A DNA stretch of 64,000 nucleotides from Spirochaetales bacterium. GTDB lineage: Bacteria > Spirochaetota > Spirochaetia > JABEVK01. A program made the translations under genes and the position numbers. The notes beneath the pieces were generated by a model, which saw only the letters and a program-made list of their open reading frames with translations, was not told where the DNA came from and did no database searches. Below, in pieces: positions 45,061-55,331 of the stretch (the first letter of the stretch is position 1; each line of letters opens with the position of its first letter). Where the stretch lies: contig JBAXAI010000008.1 in assembly GCA_037142615.1 (NCBI GenBank), positions 32,001 to 96,000 of the forward strand. The letters are read 5' to 3'.

Positions 45061-45590
45061 TGATGCGTTCGATTTTGGCACTTCTTATGACCCTTGGCGC
45101 GGCCGGGCTCTCGGCCCAGGCCCTTGTGGTGAATCTGGGCCCGACCCATCCGGTCTTCCACTGGAAGACGACTTCGGGGGTCAGCAGCGTGACGCTACCC
45201 CCCGGCCAGGGGATGACTCTGGTCGGGGGCGAGCTGACCGTACCGGGTCTGGGCAACCTGCCGCTCGCCGACGGAGAGGTTCTGTACCAAGCCCGGATCG
45301 GTGGCCGCGATGTGCTCTACCGTCTGGGACCGCTGCAAACCTTGGTGGTGAATCAAAGCGGCAGGCCCCTTACCGTCCGTTTGGCTGGGGACCCCAAGAG
45401 CCAAGCTCTTGCCGCCGAGGGATTGTTGGCCAGTGGAAGTTTCGCTCTGGCCGAGTGGCCCGACGGGCTGCTGCTGTCGCTCGACTGGTCCGACGGCGCG
45501 GCCGACACGGGAACGAGCCTGCTCGAAGCCGGCCATCTGTACCGGCTCTTGCCCAAGGCTCCCGAATCGGAAGTCAGCCGCTGGGAATAG
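45060..45590 (+). CDS. Exported hypothetical protein
   Basis: Signal peptide; start abuts the glgX stop; GGAGG SD. Confidence 0.6.
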   Translation: MMRSILALLMTLGAAGLSAQALVVNLGPTHPVFHWKTTSGVSSVTLPPGQGMTLVGGELTVPGLGNLPLADGEVLYQARIGGRDVLYRLGPLQTLVVNQSGRPLTVRLAGDPKSQALAAEGLLASGSFALAEWPDGLLLSLDWSDGAADTGTSLLEAGHLYRLLPKAPESEVSRWE

Positions 45591-46143
45591 ACTCCTGGGC
45601 AAACAAACTCTGCTGCAGCGACAAAATGAGTTCCACCTCGCCTTGAGTGGCTCCCGTCAACGTGGCAATTTCGTTCGGACTTCGTCCAGCGGCGCGATAT
45701 TCGAGGACCTTCTGCTTGAGGGACTTGGGCGGCGGTGGCACCTCGACGCGGGCGATCGGCTCAGGAACAGGAACGGGAACGGGTTCCGGCACCACAGCAA
45801 CTTCGAGCGCGACAGCAGGGATTGACTCTGGCTCGGGCAAGGGACGGCGCATCTGGGCGTAGGTTTCGGTAGCCCGGTCGCGGCGGTCGAGCTCTCTCTG
45901 CAGGAGCATCACTTTTTGGTCGGCCTTGCCCAGCAGACCTTCCATTTCCGACAGGCGCTGTTCGAGCACACCGATGTTGCGCTCGGCCGAGAGATTGAGC
46001 TCGCGTACCATGGAATCAATCTCGGTCTGCACATTCTTCAGTAGGTCCGTGGCGTTCAGTTGCTGCTCGATGCGCCCACGCAGGTACAAAAACAACAGAA
46101 ACTGGACCGCCGTTGCCAGCAAAAGGGAAATCAGAAGATCCAT
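45574..46143 (-). CDS. Hypothetical membrane-anchored coiled-coil protein with C-terminal HTH-like end (flagellar operon tail)
   Basis: N-terminal TM, coiled coil, and EIA......GEVELIL.L C-terminus. Confidence 0.7.
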   Translation of the reverse strand: MDLLISLLLATAVQFLLFLYLRGRIEQQLNATDLLKNVQTEIDSMVRELNLSAERNIGVLEQRLSEMEGLLGKADQKVMLLQRELDRRDRATETYAQMRRPLPEPESIPAVALEVAVVPEPVPVPVPEPIARVEVPPPPKSLKQKVLEYRAAGRSPNEIATLTGATQGEVELILSLQQSLFAQESIPSG

Positions 46144-46145
46144 GG

Positions 46146-46481
46146 TCAGCCCTTCAGATCGATGTGACGGCCAAGTTCTGGGTCGGTGAAGCCTTCGGCC
46201 TTTTCGTCTTCGGTCTCTTCTTCCGTGCCGGTACCTTGGCCGGGGGCTTTTTTGCCACCCTTGCGGCCGCCGTCGCCGTGCACTTTGGTCGAATTGCCAT
46301 CCGAAGTCTCGGCTCCCGTTTCGGTGCGGTTCACGGTGTGGCGCATCGCCTCGTCTTCCTTGGTCAGTTTTTGGGCCTCGGCCAACTGCTGGTTGTGGAC
46401 CGCGTCGCGGGACTGAGCCGTTTCTTTGCCCACCTTGTCGAGGTTCATGTACAGCGTCTGGAGGTCAAGGGGCCGGATCAC
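46146..46481 (-). CDS. Conserved hypothetical protein following DUF342
   Basis: IRPLDLQT N-terminus and DP.LG.HID..G C-terminus; GTGA overlap with the upstream gene. Confidence 0.7.
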   Translation of the reverse strand: MIRPLDLQTLYMNLDKVGKETAQSRDAVHNQQLAEAQKLTKEDEAMRHTVNRTETGAETSDGNSTKVHGDGGRKGGKKAPGQGTGTEEETEDEKAEGFTDPELGRHIDLKG

Positions 46482-48415
46482 TGGAGGAACTCCTCTTCTT
46501 CGATCTCTTCGTACTTCACGGTGCGGATCAGGTTGCCGTCACGGACAAAGGTGACGCTGTTGTACTCGCGGATAATTTCGAGTTCGACATCGCGGATGAT
46601 GACGCGGGCACCGGGGTAGACCAACCCTGAGGAACAGATCTTTCCTTGGGTGGCCAATTCTTCCACTTCCTGACGGCGTTTCTCGAGCTGTTGGCTGACT
46701 TTGGAAAGCTGGGCCCTCAGTTGGGCCGCTTTGGCGGTGAGGTCCTTTTTCATCGCGAGTTTGTCGGGAGGCAGGATTTTGATCACCCGTTCCTGCTTGA
46801 GCAGCGACTGCAGGTTGAGGTTGACCTGGCTGTAGGCCTTGTTGGCTTCTTCGGTCTGCTCGTTGAGCTTCTCCATTTCCTCTTTGACGCTTGGATCGAT
46901 GCCGACCTCGAGGACCGTTTCGCCCGAGCCGATGGCGCCGAGGCTGCTGGCATTGATTTCTTCGGTGGCCCGCAGGTACCCTCCGACGATCTTGGCACGC
47001 TTTCCTTTGCAGAGAATCTTCTGGCCGGCGATGACGCGTGAGTGCAAAATACCGTCCGACACGATGACAAACATTCCCGCCTCGGCGGTGGCGTTTTGGA
47101 TGAACTTGGAATAGATGTTTTGACCGGCGTCGACGCGCCCTTCCCCGCCGCCGTTGATGCCCTGGTGGACGATGATGTCGGCGTGGGTTTCGAGGACCGA
47201 TTTGCCGACGTTGCCCAGCACCTCGATGTTGCCCACCGCCTTGACCGTAAACCCATCGGCCACGCTTCCCTTGACCAGGATGGAACCGAGGAAGTTGATG
47301 TTTCCAACGGAGTTGTCGACGTCGCCGGGGATAATCATGACGGTCTCGACCGTGATTTTGCCCTGCAGGACCATGACCTGGCCATCGGCGCCGCTCACCA
47401 CGCGCAGGCCGTCCTTCGACAAACCGACGTTGTTGCCGAGTTCAAACACGACGTCACGGCCATCCTTGGCGGGTAGTGCCCGCCCGGTGACGGTGCGGCC
47501 GGGAACACCCTTCTGTGCGGGGTCCTTCTTGGCGAGTTCCTCGCCCTTGAGCACGTTGCGTATCGCGTTGAGTTCTTTGAAGTCGACCCGACCATCGATC
47601 TCCTTGGGCCGCACTTTCATCTGCGTATCGAAGAAGTAGGTGATTCGGGCGTCATTGCCGTTCACGGCCCGCGTGCCCACGGCGACCACGATCTTCTGGT
47701 TGTAGACCGGCGAATCGACGAGAGCTTCCATTTCGGCGTCGAGCATGCCGTAGACCACGCCCTGGTTTTTGAGGTTGGCTTCGAGCTCTTCCACCGACAT
47801 ATCGGCCCCACCGGGCCCGCGCGGCCCGAGCGTCACAGTGGCCTGCATGTCGCCGTCCTGCAAGTCGATGTTCACCACGGTGTCGTTCATCGGGTTGTGG
47901 GCGTAGTCCGAAACCTTTCCGTAGGTCCCAGTTTGCAGTTTGACGGCGCCGCGCACCACCTGCCGGTTGATCTCCTTGACGCCATGGCTGTGTAGCTCCT
48001 GGAGCGCCATTTCCTCGCTGACCGGCTCGCCGGAACCAAGGGGAGCCGTCACCTTGAGGAAGACGCCCTCGGGCCACATCCGGACGAAGGCCCGTCCCGG
48101 TTCGATTTGCACCGCTGTGCCTTCCATACCGTCCAGGTCGGGCAGATAGCTCTCGTCGGTATCGCCCTTGAGTTTGCCCTTCTTTGCCGCCTCGTACGCC
48201 AGGATCGTCCAAGTCTTGCGACCCACGCCCAGCACCCCCGGGGCGCCTTTCTGCACGATGTCAAACTCGACCCTTTTGACGGGAACGGCCAATTCGAGGG
48301 CAGCCGAAGCCAGAGCATCCTCGAGGGAAGCTGCGCTCACCGACACCGACCTGATATTCCGGTCGTCCTCGGCCTTTTGGCGCATAAACTCCTTCAACTG
48401 TTCCAGGGTGACCAT
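46478..48415 (-). CDS. FapA family (DUF342) protein with Jag_N-like N-terminus
   Basis: G.VDFKEL, GDVD.S.GNI.F.GS..V.GSV.DGF.V.A.G and VYPG motifs. Confidence 0.85.
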   Translation of the reverse strand: MVTLEQLKEFMRQKAEDDRNIRSVSVSAASLEDALASAALELAVPVKRVEFDIVQKGAPGVLGVGRKTWTILAYEAAKKGKLKGDTDESYLPDLDGMEGTAVQIEPGRAFVRMWPEGVFLKVTAPLGSGEPVSEEMALQELHSHGVKEINRQVVRGAVKLQTGTYGKVSDYAHNPMNDTVVNIDLQDGDMQATVTLGPRGPGGADMSVEELEANLKNQGVVYGMLDAEMEALVDSPVYNQKIVVAVGTRAVNGNDARITYFFDTQMKVRPKEIDGRVDFKELNAIRNVLKGEELAKKDPAQKGVPGRTVTGRALPAKDGRDVVFELGNNVGLSKDGLRVVSGADGQVMVLQGKITVETVMIIPGDVDNSVGNINFLGSILVKGSVADGFTVKAVGNIEVLGNVGKSVLETHADIIVHQGINGGGEGRVDAGQNIYSKFIQNATAEAGMFVIVSDGILHSRVIAGQKILCKGKRAKIVGGYLRATEEINASSLGAIGSGETVLEVGIDPSVKEEMEKLNEQTEEANKAYSQVNLNLQSLLKQERVIKILPPDKLAMKKDLTAKAAQLRAQLSKVSQQLEKRRQEVEELATQGKICSSGLVYPGARVIIRDVELEIIREYNSVTFVRDGNLIRTVKYEEIEEEEFLQ

Positions 48416-48424
48416 TTCGGCTCC

Positions 48425-49213
48425 TTAGAAAATGCCCTTTCGGGCATTCATGAGGCGGGCCCGAAGGCGTGCTATGGCCTTGGTGTGCAACTGCGAAACC
48501 CGTGACTCGGTGACTTCGAGCACCTTGCCGATTTCTTTCAAGGTCAGGTCTTCGTAATAGTAGAGGACGAGAACCTTCTTCTCTTTGTCGGGAAGCTCGG
48601 ACATGGCTTCGATGATCACTTTTTTGATGGCCTCGCGCTCAACGAGGTTATCGGGGTTCATCGCCTGCGGCGACTCGATGCTTTCGACGATGCTGACCTT
48701 GTCGTTCTCGTCGCCGGTGTACCAGACATCGTTGAGACTGAGGACCGACGTTCCACTGATCTTGAGCATGGTGTCGTTGAAGTCGTCTTCGCTCATGCCC
48801 ATTTCTCCGGCGATTTCCTTGTCGGAAACCTGACGGCCCAGTTTGCTCTCGAGGTGCACAATGGCTTCCTCGACCTCGCGCGACTTTTGGCGCACCGAGC
48901 GCGGTACCCAGTCGATGGCGCGAAGTTCGTCGAAAATCGCGCCACGGATGCGGGTCACGGCGTAGGTTTTGAACTTGACGTGCTTGGCCGGGTCGAACTT
49001 GTCGATGGCGTCGATCAGGCCGAACACACCGAAGCCCACCAGGTCATCGTAGTCCACACTTTGGGGAAGACCCATGGCGACCTTGCCTGCGACGTAGCGA
49101 ACCAGGGGAGCGTACTGCTTGATGAAGTTCTCGCGAAGTTTCGGGCTTCGCGTCTTTTTGTACTCCAGCCAAAGGTCGAGTTCCGACTTTTCATCCACCA
49201 CGTTATCTGCCAT
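48425..49213 (-). CDS. whiG: Flagellar sigma factor sigma28 (FliA/WhiG)
   Basis: YAPLV.YVAG, FKTYA..RIRGAI.DELR..DW.PRSVR and LTLKEIG.VL.VTESRVSQLH motifs. Confidence 0.95.
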   Translation of the reverse strand: MADNVVDEKSELDLWLEYKKTRSPKLRENFIKQYAPLVRYVAGKVAMGLPQSVDYDDLVGFGVFGLIDAIDKFDPAKHVKFKTYAVTRIRGAIFDELRAIDWVPRSVRQKSREVEEAIVHLESKLGRQVSDKEIAGEMGMSEDDFNDTMLKISGTSVLSLNDVWYTGDENDKVSIVESIESPQAMNPDNLVEREAIKKVIIEAMSELPDKEKKVLVLYYYEDLTLKEIGKVLEVTESRVSQLHTKAIARLRARLMNARKGIF

Positions 49214-49225
49214 GTGCCTCGTTCC

Positions 49226-49876
49226 TCATGTTTTGTTCATCACGGACTTGACCGCTTTGGCGAGAATGGCAGGGTCCTGCTCCATCCCCTCCAAATCAGC
49301 GCCCCGGGAAGGCGCATAGACACTCGATGGTTCCGAAGGCCCCGATCCCCCGGATTCTGGCACATATTCCTCAATTCCCGGCGACTGGCCTCCAGCCGCA
49401 ACCTCTTCACCACCCTCATCCCCTTCCGCCTGAGGGCGGAACGAGTTCAAGAACGAGCCGATCTCCTGCAGCGGTTCCTCGCCTGACGGTGCCGAGGCAG
49501 GGGCAGCTGCCGCCATTCCTGGCGTCGCCGGGATGAACGCCGGAGGCAACTCCTGGGGCGCATCATCGGCCGACTGCTCGTGAATTTCCTCCACGAAGGG
49601 TGCAGGCATGCTTTCGTCGTCGAGCACAATGTTCACCGACTCACCGAGCGAAGACGCCGCCTGCTGCTCCTCGGTCGCGGGGGCTGCCGGCTCAAACAAA
49701 TCCGGAAGCTGACTGCGCAACAGGGCCTCGGCGCCGAGCGTCGCGCCTCCGAACACCACGCCCCACAAAAGGGCCCGAAGGAACACGTCCAAAAGAGGGA
49801 TGCCCGAAACAAGGGCCACCAAAAAAGACAGCACGAAGCCAACGAGGGCGCCAATTCCGGCGGTCTGAAAGTTCAC
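49226..49876 (-). CDS. Hypothetical membrane protein between flhG and whiG
   Basis: Two N-terminal TMs, acidic linker, C-terminal DP..LAKAV. Confidence 0.7.
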   Translation of the reverse strand: MNFQTAGIGALVGFVLSFLVALVSGIPLLDVFLRALLWGVVFGGATLGAEALLRSQLPDLFEPAAPATEEQQAASSLGESVNIVLDDESMPAPFVEEIHEQSADDAPQELPPAFIPATPGMAAAAPASAPSGEEPLQEIGSFLNSFRPQAEGDEGGEEVAAGGQSPGIEEYVPESGGSGPSEPSSVYAPSRGADLEGMEQDPAILAKAVKSVMNKT

Positions 49877-49926
49877 GTGCTGGTCCCCCCATTGTCCCTA
49901 TAGATTAGTCTCACCTCGATAGGGGG

Positions 49927-50817
49927 TCAACTCCCGAGCCGACCCAACAAACGGTTCAAGAACGTTCCTAGGCCGCTTCCTTCCTTGTATTCGACCTTTT
50001 CGAGACGACTGGCCAGGTTCATCAGGCTCTGAGCCGCCTTACCCTTGGGATCCACCGCCACAAAGGGTCGCTGCTTGAGCACCGAACTCTGCACCAACGG
50101 GTCCTCGTAAATGAAGCCGAGGTAGTCGACTTTGATGTTCAGGAACTGGCTGGCGATGCTGATCACGCGCTCGGCGACTTTTTTTCCTTCGATGACAGAG
50201 TCGACGCGGTTAACCACCAGTTTAAGGCCCATGTTCGTGGTGTTGAACTCGGTGGCGATGATCTTGATGATCCCATAGGCGTCGGTGATGGCGGTTGGTT
50301 CGGGTGTGGTGATGATCAGGGTATCGTCGGCGGCGGCCACGAAATCGAGCACGTTGCGGCTCACCCCCGCCGAGGTGTCGATGATGAGGATGTCGGCGTC
50401 CTGCAACGTCATCAGTTCCTCGATGAAGGTCTTTCGTTCTTCGTCGTTCAGGTTGGCAATCTTGGTGAACCCCGAGGCACCGGCCACAAAACGGATGCCG
50501 TAGTCGGTCTCGGTGATGATTTCGCGCATCGTCTTCTGCTGGCGGATCATGTGGTAGAGCGTGTACTTGGGAATCACGCCCAGGATGACGTTGACGTTGG
50601 CCAAGCCGAGGTCAGCGTCGAGCAAGGTCACTTTCTTGCCCAGTTTGGCGAAGCTCAACGCGAGGTTGACCGCCATGTTGGTTTTTCCGACGCCACCCTT
50701 GCCGCTGGTGATGGTGATGATGCGGGTCTTCTTGGCTTCGCCGGAAACCGGAGCTTCGGTGGGTGTTCCCGGGTTGGACTTTACCAACTCGCGGAGTTTT
50801 TCTGCTTGATCAGCCAT
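49927..50817 (-). CDS. flhG: Flagellar number regulator FlhG (MinD-like ATPase)
   Basis: SGKGGVGKT, DADLGLAN, DTSAG and PEPTAITDAY motifs; follows flhF. Confidence 0.92.
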   Translation of the reverse strand: MADQAEKLRELVKSNPGTPTEAPVSGEAKKTRIITITSGKGGVGKTNMAVNLALSFAKLGKKVTLLDADLGLANVNVILGVIPKYTLYHMIRQQKTMREIITETDYGIRFVAGASGFTKIANLNDEERKTFIEELMTLQDADILIIDTSAGVSRNVLDFVAAADDTLIITTPEPTAITDAYGIIKIIATEFNTTNMGLKLVVNRVDSVIEGKKVAERVISIASQFLNIKVDYLGFIYEDPLVQSSVLKQRPFVAVDPKGKAAQSLMNLASRLEKVEYKEGSGLGTFLNRLLGRLGS

Positions 50818-52036
50818 GGTTTTCTTCCTTCAAGGCCTGTTTAAGATGTTCCGGCGAGAAGCCCACCAGAGGTTTAAGCAGCTTTTCCTTGCTGGCACGG
50901 TGGATGTCCTGGGGGACCGACTGACCGTCGGTCAGAAACGAAACGGGTTTCTGTTTCTCCCACAACAACGAAAGGAGGTTTCCCACCACCGAGGTCTCGT
51001 CGAGTTTGGTCAGAACGACCGACTGATAGGCAAAGGGCTCAAACTGCTGGAAAATGTCGCGGATGTCCTTGGTCTTGGTGGTCGCGCTCACGGCCAGATG
51101 CACCTCGCTCGAACGCCCGGTGCCTTCGAGCAGGCGTCGCATCTCGGCCAGCTTGACGAAGTCCTTCGGGCTCTTGCCGATGGTATCGATGAGGATCATG
51201 TCTTTGTCACTGTCGAGTTCGATGCGTTGGCGCAGCGCATCGTAGCTTTCGATGCACGTTACCGGGATGCCCATGATCTCGCCGTAGCTTTCGATCTGCA
51301 TTTTGGCTCCGATGCGATAGTTGTCGATGGTGATCAGGCTGAGCTTTTGGCGCTCGTTGCCCCCGAAGCCGAGCCCGTAAACCGCTGCCAGTTTGGCAAT
51401 CGTGGTTGTTTTTCCCACGCCGGTCGGGCCGACAAGAATGAACACGCGGGGCTTGCCGGCCTTTCGCTCCTGATGGATCTGAATGCCTTCGGCAATCCAG
51501 CCCAAGACCGTGGGTTCAACCAGCCCGGACTGCTCCAGTTGGTCCATGGTGAACTCTTTTTTGACCCGGTCGAGGATCATGCGCACGTAGGCAGGCGAGA
51601 ACTCGTTGTCCTCGAGCAACGCCGTCAGGGCCACAATGGTGGGATGTTCCAGAAGTTTCGCTTGAGACTCGGCCGGGCTGATGCGGTCGGGAAGCTGTTC
51701 AATCTGGCTCTTGAGCGCCTTGAACTCCTCGAGCACGGCCTTCATCGAGTCGTCTTTCTTCTCGTCGGCCTGCGCCTGACTCTTGGCCTTGGCGGTGGCG
51801 AGGGCGAGGATTTTCTGCTTTTCGTCCTCGAGCCGAGCCTTGTCGGCCGCCGTAGGACCGGTTTCATGCTTGATGTAGCCCGACACTTCGATCTCTTCGC
51901 GTTGGAAGAATCCGAGAAACCCGCCCGTGGCGACGGTACGCTGACCGAGAATCTGGGCCTTGTCGCCGTAGCGGGCCTTTACCTTTTCGACGGTCTCCTG
52001 AAAGCTGTCACCGTTTTCCGTGAAGTACTGGTACAT
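50810..52036 (-). CDS. flhF: Flagellar biosynthesis GTPase FlhF
   Basis: GPTGVGKTTTIAKLAA, D.YRIGA, DTIG, TKLDET and GQ.VP.DI motifs. Confidence 0.95.
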   Translation of the reverse strand: MYQYFTENGDSFQETVEKVKARYGDKAQILGQRTVATGGFLGFFQREEIEVSGYIKHETGPTAADKARLEDEKQKILALATAKAKSQAQADEKKDDSMKAVLEEFKALKSQIEQLPDRISPAESQAKLLEHPTIVALTALLEDNEFSPAYVRMILDRVKKEFTMDQLEQSGLVEPTVLGWIAEGIQIHQERKAGKPRVFILVGPTGVGKTTTIAKLAAVYGLGFGGNERQKLSLITIDNYRIGAKMQIESYGEIMGIPVTCIESYDALRQRIELDSDKDMILIDTIGKSPKDFVKLAEMRRLLEGTGRSSEVHLAVSATTKTKDIRDIFQQFEPFAYQSVVLTKLDETSVVGNLLSLLWEKQKPVSFLTDGQSVPQDIHRASKEKLLKPLVGFSPEHLKQALKEENHG

Positions 52037-54150
52037 TACTCAAGCCCCTCAATCCGCACGACGCCCACCGATTCGACCTGGATTCCCGGTGCGATTTCGG
52101 GGACCGAAAGCACCACCAGATCGGGGAGATCGCGCAAAGTACTGTTTTTGATCAGCGGACGGGCCGCTTCGCTGGCCAGGATCATGGGGTAGTACCCCAA
52201 GTTCTGAACGCCTCGGAAGGAGTTGCTCACGGCGTTGATCCACTTGCGCATGAGCTCGGGCTCGAGTGCCGCCACCGGGCCGGTCACCTGGTCGTGGCGG
52301 CTCTCGATGATCTTCTGTTCCAGGGTCGGGTCGAGGGTGAGTACGTGGAGTGTTTTGGTGTCATCGGCGTATTGCAGGCAAATTTGGCGTGAAAGCCCCT
52401 GCCGAACCTTTTCGATGAGGAAGGCCGCGTCTTTGGTCATGCCGCCGTAGTCGCCGAGGGTTTCGAGGATCACCACCATGTTGCGGATCGACACCTGTTC
52501 GAGCAACAGTCCCTGCAACACTTTCTGCAGTTCGCCGGTGCTGAACAGCTTGGTGACCTCGTCGACCACGGCCGGGTAGTCGGCCTTGACGCTTTCGAGC
52601 AGGCTCTGCACTTCCTGACGGCCGAGAATCTCACCGGAATGCTTCTTGATGACTTCAGTGAGGTGGGTGGCGATGATGCTGGGGCTGTCGACCACGGTAT
52701 AGCCCGCGCGCTCGGCCTTGTCGCGGTTCTCGTCGGTGATCCACAACGCCGGAAGTCCGAAGGCAGGGTCCTTGGTGGCCTCGCCGGGGATTTCCTCGCG
52801 CTCGCCCCCGGGGTTGATGGCCATGTAGTGGCCCATGCGGATGCTGCCCTTGCCGACTTCCATGCCCTTGATCTTGAGGCTGTATTCGGACGGTTCGAGG
52901 CGCATGTTGTCGATGATGCGGATGCGAGGCACCACCAAACCCAGTTCGAGCGCCGTTTCGCTGCGGATGCGGGTGACGCGCTCGAGCAACTCGGCGCCCT
53001 GTTCCTTATCGACCAAGGGAATCAAGCCGTAGCCCAGTTCGAGCGAAAGCGGATCCAGAGGCGCCACCGAAACCGGCCCCTTGCTGGCATCAGCCTTGGT
53101 GTCGGCCGACTTGCCGCTGGCGGCGGCTGTCGCATCGGCGGTGGCCTGCTGGTCCTTGCGGCTCAGGCTATAGCCGACGTAGGCCATCAGCGCGGCCATG
53201 GGCAGCAAAATGTACCACGGAAACCCCGGGATGAGCCCCAGTACGACCAGAAAGCCGGCCGCGATCCAGTAGATTCGCCCTTGCGCCGTGAATTGCTTCA
53301 GCGCGTCGCTGCCGATGCTCTGTCCCGACGAACTGCGGGTAACCAGCAAGCCCGTGGCAAAACTGATCATCAGGCTGGGCAACTGGCTGACCAAGCCGTC
53401 GCCGATGGTCAGGCTGGTGTAGGTCGTGATGGCCGTGGCAAAGGGCTCCCCGTGGAACGTCATCCCCACAACCAAGCCGGCGATGATGTTCACAAAGGTG
53501 ATCAAAAGGCCGATCTGCACGTTGCCCTGCACGAACTTCGAGGCACCGTCCATGGCACCGAAAAAGTCGACTTCCTGCTGCAGCTCGCTCTTGCGCTTGA
53601 GCGCCTCTTCCTCGGTGATCGAGCCGCTGGAAAAGCTGTTGTCGATGGTCATCTGCTTGGCAGGGAGGCCGTCGAGGGTGAAGCGCGCCGCGACTTCGGC
53701 GACACGGGTGGCGCCCTTGGTGATGACCAGGAACTGCACCGCCACGAGGATGATGAAAATGACGATACCGATGACCAGGTTGATCGGCGTCACCTTGTCG
53801 GCAGTCGCCCCCACCACAAAGGTGGCGAAGGCCTTGATCACGGCTCCGTCAAAATCACCGCCCTTGGCGAGGATAAGCCGCGTGGTGCTGATGTTGAGTG
53901 CCAGGCCAAACACTGTCGTCACAAGGAGTAACGTTGGGAACAGCGTGAAGTCGAGAACGCGCCGGGAGTAGATGACCACCAGCAAAATCAGGATCGACAA
54001 GAGCAGGTTGAACGACAGGAGCACGTCGAGCAACAGCGTCGGCAACGGAATGAGCAGGGCCAGAATCACGCCGACCACACCGGCCGCGACAAAAGCGTCG
54101 GTTCGGTTGCCGGTGAAGGCCGTACGGAACACGCCGGTAAAATCACTCAT
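52036..54150 (-). CDS. flhA: Flagellar export protein FlhA
   Basis: FPTLLL, RVAEVAARFTLDG.P.KQM.ID, FFGAMDGASKFV and IGDGLVSQ motifs. Confidence 0.97.
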   Translation of the reverse strand: MSDFTGVFRTAFTGNRTDAFVAAGVVGVILALLIPLPTLLLDVLLSFNLLLSILILLVVIYSRRVLDFTLFPTLLLVTTVFGLALNISTTRLILAKGGDFDGAVIKAFATFVVGATADKVTPINLVIGIVIFIILVAVQFLVITKGATRVAEVAARFTLDGLPAKQMTIDNSFSSGSITEEEALKRKSELQQEVDFFGAMDGASKFVQGNVQIGLLITFVNIIAGLVVGMTFHGEPFATAITTYTSLTIGDGLVSQLPSLMISFATGLLVTRSSSGQSIGSDALKQFTAQGRIYWIAAGFLVVLGLIPGFPWYILLPMAALMAYVGYSLSRKDQQATADATAAASGKSADTKADASKGPVSVAPLDPLSLELGYGLIPLVDKEQGAELLERVTRIRSETALELGLVVPRIRIIDNMRLEPSEYSLKIKGMEVGKGSIRMGHYMAINPGGEREEIPGEATKDPAFGLPALWITDENRDKAERAGYTVVDSPSIIATHLTEVIKKHSGEILGRQEVQSLLESVKADYPAVVDEVTKLFSTGELQKVLQGLLLEQVSIRNMVVILETLGDYGGMTKDAAFLIEKVRQGLSRQICLQYADDTKTLHVLTLDPTLEQKIIESRHDQVTGPVAALEPELMRKWINAVSNSFRGVQNLGYYPMILASEAARPLIKNSTLRDLPDLVVLSVPEIAPGIQVESVGVVRIEGLE

Positions 54151-55331
54151 GACACCACCGCCTTGGCTTTTCCGTTCACGCGGTAGATTTCCGCGAGGAT
54201 GCGACTGACCAATTCCCAGTACTCCTGGGGAATCTGGTCACCGATTTCAACGGCCGCGTACAGGGCCCGCGCCAGGGGCTTATTCTCGACAACAGGAACC
54301 CCGGCTTCGGCCGCGACTTCCTTGATCCGCTGGGCGATCAGGTCCTGGCCCTTGGCAATGACGAGGGGGGCCGTCATGGTCGAGGAGTCCCATTGGAGTC
54401 CGATCGCGTAGTGGGTCGGGTTGGTGATGATCACGTCAGCCTTGGGCACGTTTTGCATCATGTTCCGCTTCAGGATTTCGCGCATCCGCTCGCGCAGGCG
54501 GCTGCGGATAAGGGGGTCACCTTCCTGCTGCTTGCGCTCTTCTTTGACTTCCTGAAGCGACATTTTGAGAGATTCGCGATGCTGATAACGCTGAAACAGA
54601 TAGTCGGGAACCGCGAGAAGCAACATGACCACGGCACTCTGGATGATGATGTTGAGCGCGATCTTGAACAGCAGATCGACCGCGAGGGCGAAGGCAACGT
54701 GAATGGTGTTGACCAGGTGCACCCACTCGCCCGAAATATTCACCCAAGCCACGGCAGCCAGGATGACCACCTTGACGATTTGCTTGAGGATGTTGAACAG
54801 CGCCTCGGTCGAAAACAACGAACGCTTCAGCCACTGCCCGAACTTTGGCATGATGCGGGTGAAGTCCGGAATGATGGGCTTGAGGGTGAACAGAAGGCCT
54901 ACCTGCAGCAGGTTGGCCGCCGCAGCCGCCACGAAGGCGACGCCCAGCACCGGCAGCAGCAGGCGAGCCATGTACTGGTAGAACGTACCCGCCAGCACCT
55001 GACCGCCGGTAATGGGATCGAGCGTCATCGCTTGATTCAGGTAGTAGTGCATCATCTCGACCAGAGTCTGCCAGATGCTGGCCGCCAAAAATGCGACGGC
55101 AACGATCGGAACCAGCAACACCACGGCAGCCGTGATGTCCTGACTCTTGGCGACCTTGCCTTCCTCGCGGGCCTTGCGGATCTTGGCTTCGGTCGGATCC
55201 TCGGTACGCCCTTCGTCTTCGGCAGCGAACCTCTGGAGGTCCCACGCGAAGCGCGTATCGGGCAGCGTCTGCCACGGGAACACCCTTTCGGGGAAGGGCA
55301 CGGCAGCAAACAGGTCGGGCGTTCGCGTCAT
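54147..55331 (-). CDS. flhB: Flagellar export protein FlhB
   Basis: TE.PT..K...AREEG.VAKS and NPTH autocleavage motifs. Confidence 0.96.
   Translation of the reverse strand: MTRTPDLFAAVPFPERVFPWQTLPDTRFAWDLQRFAAEDEGRTEDPTEAKIRKAREEGKVAKSQDITAAVVLLVPIVAVAFLAASIWQTLVEMMHYYLNQAMTLDPITGGQVLAGTFYQYMARLLLPVLGVAFVAAAAANLLQVGLLFTLKPIIPDFTRIMPKFGQWLKRSLFSTEALFNILKQIVKVVILAAVAWVNISGEWVHLVNTIHVAFALAVDLLFKIALNIIIQSAVVMLLLAVPDYLFQRYQHRESLKMSLQEVKEERKQQEGDPLIRSRLRERMREILKRNMMQNVPKADVIITNPTHYAIGLQWDSSTMTAPLVIAKGQDLIAQRIKEVAAEAGVPVVENKPLARALYAAVEIGDQIPQEYWELVSRILAEIYRVNGKAKAVVS

Noticed and set aside
38461-45590. Short convergent 3' overlaps (38461-38483, 41520-41536, 45574-45590; also 2107-2140 and 14846-14856)
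   Set aside because: Common in compact GC-rich genomes; no specific signal
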